Shown in pieces: positions 1 to 8,558 of a stretch of DNA of 33,461 nucleotides (position 1 is the stretch's first letter; the number at the start of each line of letters is the position of its first letter). Source of the stretch: an uncultured virus (IMG/VR IMGVR_UViG_3300032296_001854) (lineage: Duplodnaviria; Heunggongvirae; Uroviricota; Caudoviricetes); IMG/VR virus record IMGVR_UViG_3300032296_001854; one strand, 5' to 3'. The notes under the pieces are model-generated. The model was not told the DNA's origin. It saw nothing but the letters and a program-made list of their open reading frames with translations, and ran no database searches. The position numbers and the translations under genes were made by a program.

Positions 1-264
1 TACCCTATCTTTAGGGAATTGCTCTAACAGGGAATCTTGGAAGCCTCGTTCGCGCCACTCAACACAAACTAATCTGCCGTATTCGTATAGTGCGCCTTCA
101 TAATCTCTCCACATAAGAACGGCGGGGTGGTTTCGCCAACCTTTTGTCATACCTGCTAATACACGCATGACTTGGTAGGCTTCTACTCTCTGCTTACCTA
201 ATCTTTTATCGTCGAGAACTCTAGCGCTCTCTTTAAAGTCAGGAAGCGGTAAGAACGTCTGAAT
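1..264 (-). CDS. MSMEG_6728-family / pyrimidine dimer DNA glycosylase-like protein (3' end outside window; probable ATT start)
   Basis: Not in ORF track. Manual translation: (M)QTFLPLPDFKESARVLDDKRLGKQRVEAYQV...GWRNHPAVLMWRDYEGALYEYG..VCVEWRERG carries the QTFLP / LDxKRLGKQRVE / HPAVxMW motifs of this family. AAGGAG SD lies upstream. Confidence 0.85.
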   Translation of the reverse strand, partial: MQTFLPLPDFKESARVLDDKRLGKQRVEAYQVMRVLAGMTKGWRNHPAVLMWRDYEGALYEYGRLVCVEWRERGFQDSLLEQFPKDRV

Positions 265-274
265 CTTTCTCTCC

Positions 275-418
275 TTAGAACGGTGGCTTGTCCCCTTGCG
301 GAACTATACACATTACGCAGAACGCTACACCCGCAGTAACCGCCTCGTCAATAGCCATGCCGTCAGGAATCACAACCTCTCCGTTGTCGTAATCAATTAA
401 GCAACGTGAGCACTCCAT
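275..418 (-). CDS. 47-aa CxxC...CxxC zinc-binding microprotein
   Basis: MECSRCLIDYDNGEVVIPDGMAIDEAVTAGVAFCVMCIVPQGDKPPF; TAATG coupling with upstream ORF. Confidence 0.65.
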   Translation of the reverse strand: MECSRCLIDYDNGEVVIPDGMAIDEAVTAGVAFCVMCIVPQGDKPPF

Positions 419-558
419 TAATTATCTTTCTTTACAATAGGTAATTCGTTTTCTATATTTGAACTCTCTTGTTGGCAGGTACACCCGCCACACCCGCAGC
501 GTTGAGCTGGCTCTTCAGCGGGGGTATAAAGAATCTCATTTCCAACGTTATCTCTCAT
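418..558 (-). CDS. 46-aa protein with CGCGGCTC motif
   Basis: MRDNVGNEILYTPAEEPAQRCGCGGCTCQQESS...; ATGA and TAATG overlaps with both neighbours. Confidence 0.65.
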   Translation of the reverse strand: MRDNVGNEILYTPAEEPAQRCGCGGCTCQQESSNIENELPIVKKDN

Positions 559-992
559 TTATTCTCTCCACTTTCAAATAGACTCTCTCCACCTTCTATT
601 TTTCCTTCAGCAAGAGTTAGTTTCTCTCCGTACCCTTGCCACACAATATTTCCCTCGTTGTCGTGGATAGTTATTAGTTTTTGATTTGGTATCCATTGGT
701 GAAGCGCGTGGCTATCCACCATAGTCTTGACGCTGGCTTCGGGCTCTCCTTTGTATAGATTTCCGTCAGGTAGTTTAATCATTGAATCCCACTCGCCATT
801 ATTTGCTCTCTCGATAGCCTCTAAGCATGGGTCTATCATGGCTAGTGGTATGGGCTTATCGAATCTTGTTTGAAGGTGGTGTCCAACCTCGTTCCATAAC
901 GGCGGTAATTCCTCTACGCCGTCGTCGTCACTCTCGCTAATAATCTCAGCGTCAATAATCTCGTTACCGTAGTTATCGTACTCAGTTACCAT
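555..992 (-). CDS. acidic hypothetical phage protein
   Basis: ORF track 555..1076; start revised to MVTEYDN because 982..1134 occupies the upstream part. Confidence 0.7.
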   Translation of the reverse strand: MVTEYDNYGNEIIDAEIISESDDDGVEELPPLWNEVGHHLQTRFDKPIPLAMIDPCLEAIERANNGEWDSMIKLPDGNLYKGEPEASVKTMVDSHALHQWIPNQKLITIHDNEGNIVWQGYGEKLTLAEGKIEGGESLFESGENK

Positions 993-1134
993 CAGGGTTC
1001 GAATCTTTCTTGTAGTCGGGCTTGTACTTGGGCTTTCTATTATATAACTTCTTGTTTCTAATTGGAACACTCGCATTACTACGGCGTAACTCGAGGATAC
1101 GCCGTAGTTGCTCTGCGGTCTTTGAGAATCTCAC
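982..1134 (-). CDS. 50-aa basic protein, ArfA (alternative ribosome rescue factor)-like
   Basis: MRFSKTAEQLRRILELRRSNASVPIRNKKLYNRKPKYKPDY...; GTGA overlap; NKKxYNRK resembles the ArfA KKGKGSYxRK motif. Confidence 0.55.
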   Translation of the reverse strand: MRFSKTAEQLRRILELRRSNASVPIRNKKLYNRKPKYKPDYKKDSNPDGN

Positions 1135-1220
1135 TCGTCGGTTTCGTCGGGCTCGATACACTTGTGGTTATCCCACGCGTAAGGGCTTTGCTCGTCACCG
1201 CACCATGTACACGTTGCCAT
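1131..1220 (-). CDS. 29-aa CxxC...HxC microprotein
   Basis: MATCTWCGDEQSPYAWDNHKCIEPDETDE; TAATG and GTGA coupling at both ends. Confidence 0.55.
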   Translation of the reverse strand: MATCTWCGDEQSPYAWDNHKCIEPDETDE

Positions 1221-1531
1221 TATTCACCGTCTAATCCGTAACCGTTTTCAAGGTCACGTTCGTCGGCTTCGTCGAATATAGGCGCTCGTAATCCTAGCCT
1301 ATCTGCGTATGGCTCGATACTATCAACCGCCTCATCTATCTCACCTCTTGTGTCGTGGTAATCAAATAACTCGGTTAAGCGCTCGTCGGTATCGTTTCGT
1401 AGCGCCATAAGGTCAAGGCTTGCGCCTATTGCGGTATCGATTAGGTAGATAGCGTCGCTATCTCCTTCCATATATTTCTTTACTACGTCTTGGTATTGAC
1501 CCGATAGTAGTAAGTCTTTCATAGCACCCAT
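1220..1531 (-). CDS. acidic hypothetical protein
   Basis: 103-aa ORF with AAGGGA SD, tightly packed in operon. Confidence 0.75.
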   Translation of the reverse strand: MGAMKDLLLSGQYQDVVKKYMEGDSDAIYLIDTAIGASLDLMALRNDTDERLTELFDYHDTRGEIDEAVDSIEPYADRLGLRAPIFDEADERDLENGYGLDGE

Positions 1532-1532
1532 A

Positions 1533-1733
1533 TTAGTTTCCCTTTCGTATTTGGTACTGCTTCGAAGTATCCTCTAAGTAGAACGAATAGTCAATAGCGG
1601 TATGCGCTAAGTTAGTTAGATATTCTGCTTGAGGGTGGTCACTTGCTTCGGTTGCGCCGACTATCTTGAGTAGCGTATCCCTCAGTAGTTGTTTGTAATC
1701 TATATTTGTTTCCTCTGCTATTTCTATTTCCAT
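1533..1733 (-). CDS. hypothetical protein
   Basis: 66-aa ORF in operon. Confidence 0.7.
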   Translation of the reverse strand: MEIEIAEETNIDYKQLLRDTLLKIVGATEASDHPQAEYLTNLAHTAIDYSFYLEDTSKQYQIRKGN

Positions 1734-1777
1734 AATCCCTGCTTCTGTAATCCTTCCGTTTGCGGGTTTGTGTTGAA

Positions 1778-1809
1778 GCGCGGTGGGGGGAAGGGATAGC
1801 CCACCGCGC
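1778..1809 (-). terminator. GC stem-loop after VWA gene, abutting a GTTTGTGTTG half-site (1766-1775)
   Basis: GCGCGGTGGG-N12-CCCACCGCGC. Confidence 0.5.
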
Positions 1810-1817
1810 CAACCTTA

Positions 1818-3722
1818 TTAGCGCCTTACGACCTTCATCTGTGATTTAACTAGGTCTTTGGCTACGTCGAGAATATCTTTGGCTTCGTCAACGACCCTAA
1901 AGAACTTAGCGCCATGACGTAAGGTAATCATGTATTGGTCGTAACGCTCTCGGTCGTTATCTTTGACCCATTGAAGGCTACCTAAGAATATGACACTCGT
2001 TAGAACGTTGTTGGCGTTCATGCGAGAGATAATACCGTCGTTAACCTCTGTACTATCCCACTCGCCGTCGGTAATCATGAAGCATATCTTGATACCTTTA
2101 CGGCTTGCGTTAAGTATGCGCTCGGCTTCGATAAGTGCCTTGAACGGATTAGTGCTACCGCTACTATCAACGAATCTAAACTCGTCGGGCTTAGCCTTAT
2201 CGTCTGCTTTGTAAATTAGACGGCTATCGTGGTTGAACTTATAGACGGTTACTCGACCGTTGATACGTTCGATACCGCGCTTGAGAATCCACGCCGTTTC
2301 CATTGTCTTAAAGATACGAGCGCCCATGCTACCCGAGGTATCTACTAGGATTACCGCTTCAATATCATTAGACGAGTTACCTTCACTCCAACGGTCGAAT
2401 AACTTATTGATGTCATTGACGTCGGCGTTCATGGCTCGAGATACGTTAAGCCTACCGCTTTCTACCTCTAACTCCCACGCAGGGTCGTTATCAATACGAA
2501 TACGCTCTAACTCTACGGCGAATCTACGAGCGCTCGCCGTAGCGTTCATAGGTACGCTCACGTTTTTATAGTTAGCAGGTCTAACACCTGAACGCATGAT
2601 GTCGTTATCCATAATCGCTCTACGAACTTCGGCGGTATCACGACGTACGTTTTCGTCGTTTCTTATATTAGATAACTCGGAGTTAATCTTATCTTTGAGT
2701 AACTTCTCGCTATCTGTATATTCGTACTGTACGTCTTGAGTAGTAACCGAATCGTCAACCGTACCGTAACCTTGCCCTACGCTATCGTCATTGATGTCGT
2801 CGAACTTCTCGGTCTGTGTAGATTTCTCGGTTGCGTTAGCCTTATCTTGTAGTCGGTCTTGTTCCTTCTGACCTTCTGCTCGACCCTTTCTCATCATTTG
2901 GCGGTCGATATGACCGTCGCATTGACCTTTACCGTTTTGTGGTACTTGAGGTGGTGGGTTTTGCTCATCATTACCGATAACCTTAGCGAACTCTGCGATA
3001 AGCCTTTTGGCTCTATCGTAATCGCGTGGGAAGGCGAGTGTGCGGTACTCATGAATAATATCTGCTAGGAATATCGCTGTGGCTTTGCCGAACTGCTGTG
3101 AGAATCGTGTGGCGATTTCCTGACGAATATCATAATCTAAGTATTTTCTACCTGTGATTAATATAAATAAGGAAGCCCACTCACTTGAATCACCTTTGAG
3201 TATGTAGTCAAGCGTTGAAGCCTCTACGAACGGTTGAACGGCAGGATACTTAGCAATAATTAAGCGCTCGATACGACTATCCTCGAGTATGTTCATGGCT
3301 CGACGATATTGATTTTCTATGACCCACTTACCTAACTCCGAGTTTTCGCGTGGCGTATAAAGAACGTGTGCGACCTCATGGTAGTTGAATCCATGAAGGC
3401 TAACGATAGTGTTATCGTCAATATCCTCGAGTAGATGAGCGTTGAACACGATAGCCTTACCGTCATTGTAGGCGGTAGTTTCTAGGTCGGGATTATCGTC
3501 AACCCTGACCTCTATCTTGTCACCTGTGATAATACTATCGGCGCGTGAGTAGATAACACCCACGCTCGATAGTTTTTCTTTGTGCGCTTGATAAGCCTCT
3601 TGCTTGGCTTCGATTAGGTCTTGGTCGATTTCCATTTTGCCTAACTCGTCGTTCCATTGATAGGCGTTATGAATCTCGCGCAATAGGTCGTCGGTAGAAT
3701 CTGCTTGGTAGCGGTATCCCAT
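1818..3722 (-). CDS. CobT-like VWA domain protein with N-terminal HExxH metallopeptidase-like domain
   Basis: HEVAH and NILEDSRIE motifs; ESGRL; MIDAS residues DTSGS...T...ITDG; adjacent to AAA ATPase. Confidence 0.88.
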   Translation of the reverse strand: MGYRYQADSTDDLLREIHNAYQWNDELGKMEIDQDLIEAKQEAYQAHKEKLSSVGVIYSRADSIITGDKIEVRVDDNPDLETTAYNDGKAIVFNAHLLEDIDDNTIVSLHGFNYHEVAHVLYTPRENSELGKWVIENQYRRAMNILEDSRIERLIIAKYPAVQPFVEASTLDYILKGDSSEWASLFILITGRKYLDYDIRQEIATRFSQQFGKATAIFLADIIHEYRTLAFPRDYDRAKRLIAEFAKVIGNDEQNPPPQVPQNGKGQCDGHIDRQMMRKGRAEGQKEQDRLQDKANATEKSTQTEKFDDINDDSVGQGYGTVDDSVTTQDVQYEYTDSEKLLKDKINSELSNIRNDENVRRDTAEVRRAIMDNDIMRSGVRPANYKNVSVPMNATASARRFAVELERIRIDNDPAWELEVESGRLNVSRAMNADVNDINKLFDRWSEGNSSNDIEAVILVDTSGSMGARIFKTMETAWILKRGIERINGRVTVYKFNHDSRLIYKADDKAKPDEFRFVDSSGSTNPFKALIEAERILNASRKGIKICFMITDGEWDSTEVNDGIISRMNANNVLTSVIFLGSLQWVKDNDRERYDQYMITLRHGAKFFRVVDEAKDILDVAKDLVKSQMKVVRR

Positions 3723-3724
3723 GA

Positions 3725-5179
3725 TTAGATTACCGCCTGATGTTGAGTGATAGGGATATTAAAGGTGGTAACGCCGTCGCTAACCTTATCCTCTAGCATT
3801 TCTACTTTAGCCTCGTCGGTCTTAATTGAAAGTACCGCTAAGCCTAACTCCTCTGCGATATTATCGCGGTGAGTGTTGACTACCAACCGTACCGCCGAAC
3901 GTTCCTCATCACCTTCGAAGGAGTTGATGTAGTTGTATGTAGCGAACTCCATGCCGAAGGTTTTGGCGTTAGTTACGAACGCTACGAGCGAACGAGTTGA
4001 GATAGGAGTAACGAGCGTACCTTTATTGAACTCGTCGCGTAGTTGATTTGCCATTTCAACGAGCGCTCTATTCTTGAGTAACTTCTGCTCGATAGGCTTG
4101 TCGTATGGGAACGATAGTCTTATTGAGAATCGGTCTGCGAGTGCTTGGTTGAGTGGTCGAGTGCCACGATAGTCGGGGTTCATGTCACCGATAATCAATA
4201 GATTAGGGTGAGCCTTGATTACCTCGCCACCGTTTTCCATTAGTTGAATCTCACGACGATAATCGAGTAGTGAGAATATGAAAGTTAAGAATCGCTCGGG
4301 CGCGAAGTTAATCTCGTTAAATAGGAGTACGCCACCGTTACGAACTATCTCTGTAACTGCGCCGTCTTGCCACCTAAAGTGACCGTCGGGAGTTGGTATC
4401 CAACGACCGACTAGGTGAGAGGCTTCTAGCCCGATATGGCATGCGACGTTGAAGTACCTCATGCCTCGAGCGCTTGCGTACGCTTGAGCGCTCATAGTCT
4501 TACCGCTTCCTGCGTGACCTTCAATTAGAACGTTCATGCCGTTGGCGAGTGCGTGGTCGTACACCTGATAATCGGTTAAGCCGTCAACGACCTTGCGGTT
4601 GATGTAGGTATCTGCCCATTTCTTGTCGGGTACGCTTACCATAGCATTGACGAGCGCTTGGCTTGTCGTTGATACGGTTGGTCGTTCGATAACCTTAGTA
4701 GTGGTGGTTGCCACCTGTGCTACTTGCGCGATAGGCGTATCAACACCCTTCGCAATAGGCTTAATAGATACACCCTGATTACGTCGCTTGTCGGTGATGT
4801 AATCGTTGAGTGAGTTGTCGCCGATTTCTAGTCGAGCGATAAGACTACCTGCGACCTCATTGTGCGCCTCGGGCGCGGTTGCGGTAGGAGTGGTTTCTAG
4901 GGCATATAGCGCCTTGATACCGACGTTAGTGATTTGACCTAGTTTCATCATGTCGCGGTCGCGGTCGCTAATAACGACGGCGCATGGTTCATGAGAGATA
5001 GGGTTATTTGGTAGTTGTGTGAGTGATACTTGCTTCCACGCCTGACCTCGACCTTTCATGCCGTTCGATACGCGGTGGTATAGATATACCTCGGTATCGT
5101 CGGATAAGATGAGTGTCTGCGCTTGGGCAGGTAATCCCTCGAGTTGGTCGTCTGATACGACGAGTAACGCGAGTGACAT
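3725..5179 (-). CDS. MoxR/CbbQ/CobS-like AAA+ ATPase
   Basis: Walker A GHAGSGKT, FRWQDG, Walker B variant LLFNE, MNPDYRGTRPLNQALADRF, ISTRSL sensor II. Confidence 0.9.
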   Translation of the reverse strand: MSLALLVVSDDQLEGLPAQAQTLILSDDTEVYLYHRVSNGMKGRGQAWKQVSLTQLPNNPISHEPCAVVISDRDRDMMKLGQITNVGIKALYALETTPTATAPEAHNEVAGSLIARLEIGDNSLNDYITDKRRNQGVSIKPIAKGVDTPIAQVAQVATTTTKVIERPTVSTTSQALVNAMVSVPDKKWADTYINRKVVDGLTDYQVYDHALANGMNVLIEGHAGSGKTMSAQAYASARGMRYFNVACHIGLEASHLVGRWIPTPDGHFRWQDGAVTEIVRNGGVLLFNEINFAPERFLTFIFSLLDYRREIQLMENGGEVIKAHPNLLIIGDMNPDYRGTRPLNQALADRFSIRLSFPYDKPIEQKLLKNRALVEMANQLRDEFNKGTLVTPISTRSLVAFVTNAKTFGMEFATYNYINSFEGDEERSAVRLVVNTHRDNIAEELGLAVLSIKTDEAKVEMLEDKVSDGVTTFNIPITQHQAVI

Positions 5180-5273
5180 TTGTTCGGGTTTCCCTTCTTA
5201 ATCGCCATTGTTGGCTTAGTACCTATCTAAGCCTATTTCCGTATTTAATTCCACTTGCGAGCCTCATATTTTG

Positions 5274-5311
5274 ATAACGAACTTATAACGATTTTCTCTC
5301 ACTTATCCACA
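5274..5311. promoter_or_regulatory. composite site 1: tandem ATAAC repeat + perfect DnaA box
   Basis: ATAACG at 5274 and 5285 (11 bp apart); TTATCCACA 5303-5311. Confidence 0.8.
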
Positions 5312-5502
5312 ACCCTCTCTATGCGCCCGACGGCGCGGTAATAGGGTTATCTCTTGTATATATAGAGAGAGAGTAAGGGGGGCGAACACTAGCCTTATTG
5401 CTTCTTATCATATAGCCCACCCACTCTCTTAGCCGTAGGTCTGGCCTTACGCCTAATAAGCCTATCTCTCGTCGTGGCAGTAGCCTAACTCTCTCGGCTA
5501 GT

Positions 5503-5542
5503 CAAGCCGACACGCCGTTGCTCTCTTGTGATATGCGCCACA
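5503..5542. promoter_or_regulatory. GACAC (WhiA-like) motif next to a minus-strand TTGACT -35, plus CRP-like site
   Basis: CAAGCCGACACG (repeated at 10589-10600); TGTGA-N6-CCACA 5527-5542. Confidence 0.5.
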
Positions 5543-5551
5543 GGCCGCAGG

Positions 5552-5658
5552 GTTTGTGTTGGCCATAGCCTGCGGCTATGGCCAATGACGGAGTAGGCCG
5601 TCAAGGCCTTCAAATAGGGTGGGTCTATTCTAATATAGTTGGGTGGGTCAACACAAAC
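5552..5658. repeat. palindromic element A (GTTTGTGTTG...CAACACAAAC)
   Basis: Conserved 10-bp inverted arms enclosing hairpins TTGGCCATAGCC-TGC-GGCTATGGCCAA and TGACGG...CCGTCA. Confidence 0.8.
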
Positions 5659-5717
5659 ATTTCCGCGCCGAAGTTACTCGCGAGTAGCAACAGAATCAAC
5701 GGGTGGCGGCAAACAAG

Positions 5718-5754
5718 CAATAAGCCTACCGCCGAAGGAGCGGTAGGCTTATTG
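5718..5754 (-). terminator. intrinsic terminator
   Basis: CAATAAGCCTACCGC...GCGGTAGGCTTATTG just downstream of the 5770..6291 gene. Confidence 0.75.
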
Positions 5755-5769
5755 GTGAGAAAGGGGAAC

Positions 5770-6291
5770 TTAGCAGATAGAGAAGCCACCACAGTCCTGC
5801 AGGAATTCTGCAAACTCTTTGATGTTCTCCTCATTGAGCGGATAATGGCTTTCCCATGGTTCGGTCTTTCCGAAACCGCGACAGCCGTTACACGTTCCCT
5901 TCGTTCTACCTACTAAGAGTGCTATGTCCTCATCTAGGACTTTTTCAGGCATACCTGCCTCTACGCCAACCTTATCGGTTCTTATGCCAACGCCTTCGCA
6001 TTGACGACAGGTATCCCACTCTAACTCCGCGATACGCTTATCGCGCTCTTTGATGTATGTGAGTGCGCTACCGTCGGCTAGAGATTCAAGAAGCAAATCT
6101 GCGAGCGCCAAGCACTCCTCATGCGTTTTCAGGCCGTCGCCGTCGTTAGAGTGTCCATTTGGAACTCTATAGTGGAGAGTGCTATCTACCTCACAGCAGT
6201 ACTCCCACAGAGGTCGCCACCACCACACGTTATTGCGGAAATACTCACCGCGCTCGCTCTTAGGGTTATTACCCATTACGTCCATACCCAT
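5770..6291 (-). CDS. phage protein (YFRNNVWWWRPLW) with DnaJ-type CxxCxGxG zinc finger
   Basis: CRQCEGVG and CNGCRGFG repeats; AAGGA SD. Confidence 0.8.
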   Translation of the reverse strand: MGMDVMGNNPKSERGEYFRNNVWWWRPLWEYCCEVDSTLHYRVPNGHSNDGDGLKTHEECLALADLLLESLADGSALTYIKERDKRIAELEWDTCRQCEGVGIRTDKVGVEAGMPEKVLDEDIALLVGRTKGTCNGCRGFGKTEPWESHYPLNEENIKEFAEFLQDCGGFSIC

Positions 6292-6293
6292 GA

Positions 6294-6524
6294 TTATCTT
6301 ATCCTTTCCACTAAAACGTTATTCCAACCGCGTTGTTTTTCCTCTAACTGTTGGTCTACTTGTAATACATCTAGTAAGGCTTCCTTAGCCTTGCTAGTGA
6401 GTATCTCGTCTGATACTCCTATCGTTGCGTAGTTGAAGTATTCGTGCTCTTCCATATAGGTCACGAACTCGACACTAAAGGGAAACGCCTTGAAGGTCTT
6501 GCCGTTGATAACCTTAGTCGTCAT
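6294..6524 (-). CDS. hypothetical protein
   Basis: ORF track 6294..6533; likely start MTTKVING overlapping upstream stop. Confidence 0.7.
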   Translation of the reverse strand: MTTKVINGKTFKAFPFSVEFVTYMEEHEYFNYATIGVSDEILTSKAKEALLDVLQVDQQLEEKQRGWNNVLVERIR

Positions 6525-7047
6525 TAGATTCACCTAAGACTTTCTCGATTACCGTCTTGAACTTTTCCACGTCCATATCCTCATCAAGCATGTCTAGTGG
6601 ATTGAACTTGCCGAACATTTGTGCGTGTGCGTTAGGACGAAAGACTAGGCTTATGTCCTCGGGAATATCTATCTCGAAGTTTTCTGATATTTTTCCAGTT
6701 ACGCCTAATAAGGCTAGTAGCGGATTGAAAGCCCCAACTCCCCAACAAGTATGGATAGCGGTAGATAGTGCGTACATGTCGTCCTCGCTAGGCTTATCGT
6801 TAGTGTTGATAGATTCCATAGCGGTATTGGCGAGCACATTGACGAGCCTCGCAGAGAACTCCTCGTCCTCTTTGAACACTTGGCACATGATAGCCGAGCG
6901 AAGTCGGCCGTCTGATAGTCCTGTCGTTCCATTAGGAAGTCGGAACTCTTCACCGCTTTCTGCCTCACTCATAGTTGGAGTAAGATGAACTGCGGTCATA
7001 ATCTCTGAGAAGCGGTATTTCCGTTCCTCGGTTGTCATTTTAGACAT
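6514..7047 (-). CDS. hypothetical protein
   Basis: 177 aa, strong AAGGGGAG SD. Confidence 0.8.
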   Translation of the reverse strand: MSKMTTEERKYRFSEIMTAVHLTPTMSEAESGEEFRLPNGTTGLSDGRLRSAIMCQVFKEDEEFSARLVNVLANTAMESINTNDKPSEDDMYALSTAIHTCWGVGAFNPLLALLGVTGKISENFEIDIPEDISLVFRPNAHAQMFGKFNPLDMLDEDMDVEKFKTVIEKVLGESNDD

Positions 7048-7074
7048 ATTCTCCCCTTTCTTGAGAGTGCTCTC

Positions 7075-7103
7075 ACTCTACTACGGCGGTGGCGCGGTAA
7101 CAA
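7075..7103 (-). promoter_or_regulatory. sigma70/SigA-type promoter
   Basis: minus strand TTGTTA-N17-TAGAGT. Confidence 0.65.
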
Positions 7104-7112
7104 GGATTCTCT

Positions 7113-7150
7113 ATAACAGATATATAACGATTCTCTTATAGTTATCCACA
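7113..7150. promoter_or_regulatory. composite site 2: tandem ATAAC repeat + DnaA box
   Basis: ATAACA 7113, ATAACG 7124, TTATCCACA 7142-7150. Confidence 0.8.
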
Positions 7151-7164
7151 GGACGAGCGATAAG

Positions 7165-7248
7165 GTTTGTGTTGGGCTTGCTTGGCGCTTGGCAGGCAGG
7201 CCTGCCAAGCAATAAAGCTACTAATAGCCAAGCAAGCCCAACACAAAC
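7165..7248. repeat. palindromic element B
   Basis: GTTTGTGTTGGGCTTGCTTGGC...GCCAAGCAAGCCCAACACAAAC (22-bp perfect stem) plus inner hairpin GCTTGGCAGG/CCTGCCAAGC. Confidence 0.9.
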
Positions 7249-7282
7249 AAAATAGCCCTAGCGCTTGCGCACTAGGGCTTTT
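7249..7282 (-). terminator. intrinsic terminator (possibly bidirectional)
   Basis: AAAATAGCCCTAG...CTAGGGCTTTTT. Confidence 0.75.
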
Positions 7283-7338
7283 TGTAGACTAGCGGGAGAA
7301 AGTAGTCGAAACGACCGCTAGTCTTATTAGTCGGGGGA

Positions 7339-7824
7339 CTAATCCTGTTCCGATACCTCTACTTCGAGGTTGTCGGTGATGAAATCGTCAAGGTCACCGT
7401 AGATGTCACCCTTGAAGTAACCAGCCTCGCCTTGGGATTCCACGTCGAAACTGATACGTACGTTGCTGATATTGAAATCGTCCCATACGGACTGCTTTGC
7501 TGACTCCTCGTCGTCCGCTTCAATATCGTTGATTGTAAACAATTCGTCGCCCATGAAGTTGACGGTTGCTGTGTACTTGACACTAAGGTTGTCAATGGTG
7601 CTCCAATCGAGTTGTGAAGCAAGGTTATTGTAGAGTCCGACCGCATAGTCTTCCTCCATGTTACCTTCACGTACTTCTGACTTGAAGGTTGTTTCTACCA
7701 CATTTGATATGCGGTTAGATGTGTATTTGTTCGCTAAGTCGGTGGCGATAGTCTTAGCCTCTGCCACCTTCTCTTGAACGTCGCTGTCGGTGTAGATGTT
7801 CACACCGTCGGGCGTTGTAATCAC
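7339..7824 (-). CDS. highly acidic hypothetical protein
   Basis: 161 aa, D/E-rich, AAAGGGGG SD, own promoter and terminator. Confidence 0.8.
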   Translation of the reverse strand: MITTPDGVNIYTDSDVQEKVAEAKTIATDLANKYTSNRISNVVETTFKSEVREGNMEEDYAVGLYNNLASQLDWSTIDNLSVKYTATVNFMGDELFTINDIEADDEESAKQSVWDDFNISNVRISFDVESQGEAGYFKGDIYGDLDDFITDNLEVEVSEQD

Positions 7825-7913
7825 TTGGGTATGTCCCCCTTTGTCTCTTGTAAGAGGCTTTCTCTTACATAGGCTAATCTAATATAAGACTGCAGTAATC
7901 TCTACTTACATTG

Positions 7914-7951
7914 GTAAATATTTGATAACAATTCCAGGGAAGTTATCCACA
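7914..7951. promoter_or_regulatory. composite site 3
   Basis: GTAAAT 7914, ATAACA 7925, TTATCCACA 7943-7951. Confidence 0.8.
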
Positions 7952-7960
7952 GGCGGCAGA

Positions 7961-8043
7961 GTTTGTGTTGGGCTGGCTGGCTATCTACTAAAGCATTAGT
8001 AGATAGAGATAAGTAATAGCCAGCCAGCCAGCCCAACACAAAC
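7961..8043. repeat. palindromic element C
   Basis: GTTTGTGTTGGGCTGGCTGGCT...AGCCAGCCAGCCCAACACAAAC; inner CTATCTACTAA-AGCA-TTAGTAGATAG. Confidence 0.9.
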
Positions 8044-8070
8044 AAAAACCCCCGTGCTTGGCACGGGGGC
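8044..8070 (-). terminator. intrinsic terminator
   Basis: AAAAACCCCCGTGC-TTG-GCACGGGGG. Confidence 0.8.
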
Positions 8071-8084
8071 ATTTGCTAGGCTTA

Positions 8085-8480
8085 TTACAGCCATTGACTT
8101 ACAGATTTATACACAGATGCTGGAACGCTCTGCTCGTTGGTCATACCCAACAACTTGATAGTCCTACCAAGTTCTTCGTAATCACTATCGTGATACATAC
8201 CTGCTGGTCGGTCAGGTCGGTCAGGTGAAGCAGGAATAACAGCCTTATCAACAACGAACTCAATTTCTAGTGTGTTGTTCCAATGACGGAAACAGGTGTT
8301 CTTTACTTCCAACTTACCTTGCTTGGCTAACGCAACTACCTTCTCGGCAAACTTTGCGTTATCCTTCTCATACTTGTCCTCTGCCTTCTTGTATTCGGCA
8401 CGGAACTTGTCTTGCTCAGCAAGACGACTCTTGAGTGCGTCCATTAGGACTACTCTATCTACCTTTATGGTGGTTGCCAT
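8085..8480 (-). CDS. hypothetical protein
   Basis: 131 aa, AAAGGGG SD, single-gene module. Confidence 0.8.
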   Translation of the reverse strand: MATTIKVDRVVLMDALKSRLAEQDKFRAEYKKAEDKYEKDNAKFAEKVVALAKQGKLEVKNTCFRHWNNTLEIEFVVDKAVIPASPDRPDRPAGMYHDSDYEELGRTIKLLGMTNEQSVPASVYKSVSQWL

Positions 8481-8558
8481 AAAAGCCCCTTTCTCTTGTA
8501 TCGGTATCTCCGATAGGACTATCTAATCATTTCTTGTTATCTATCTCAAGCGTAGTAG

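Noticed and set aside
60..69. Extra CAACACAAAC copy
   Set aside because: Lies inside coding sequence (V-C-V-E) with no partner arm; probably chance
1818..5179. True cobaltochelatase CobST (B12 auxiliary metabolic genes)
   Set aside because: No cobN or other cobalamin genes; generic phage AAA/VWA pair
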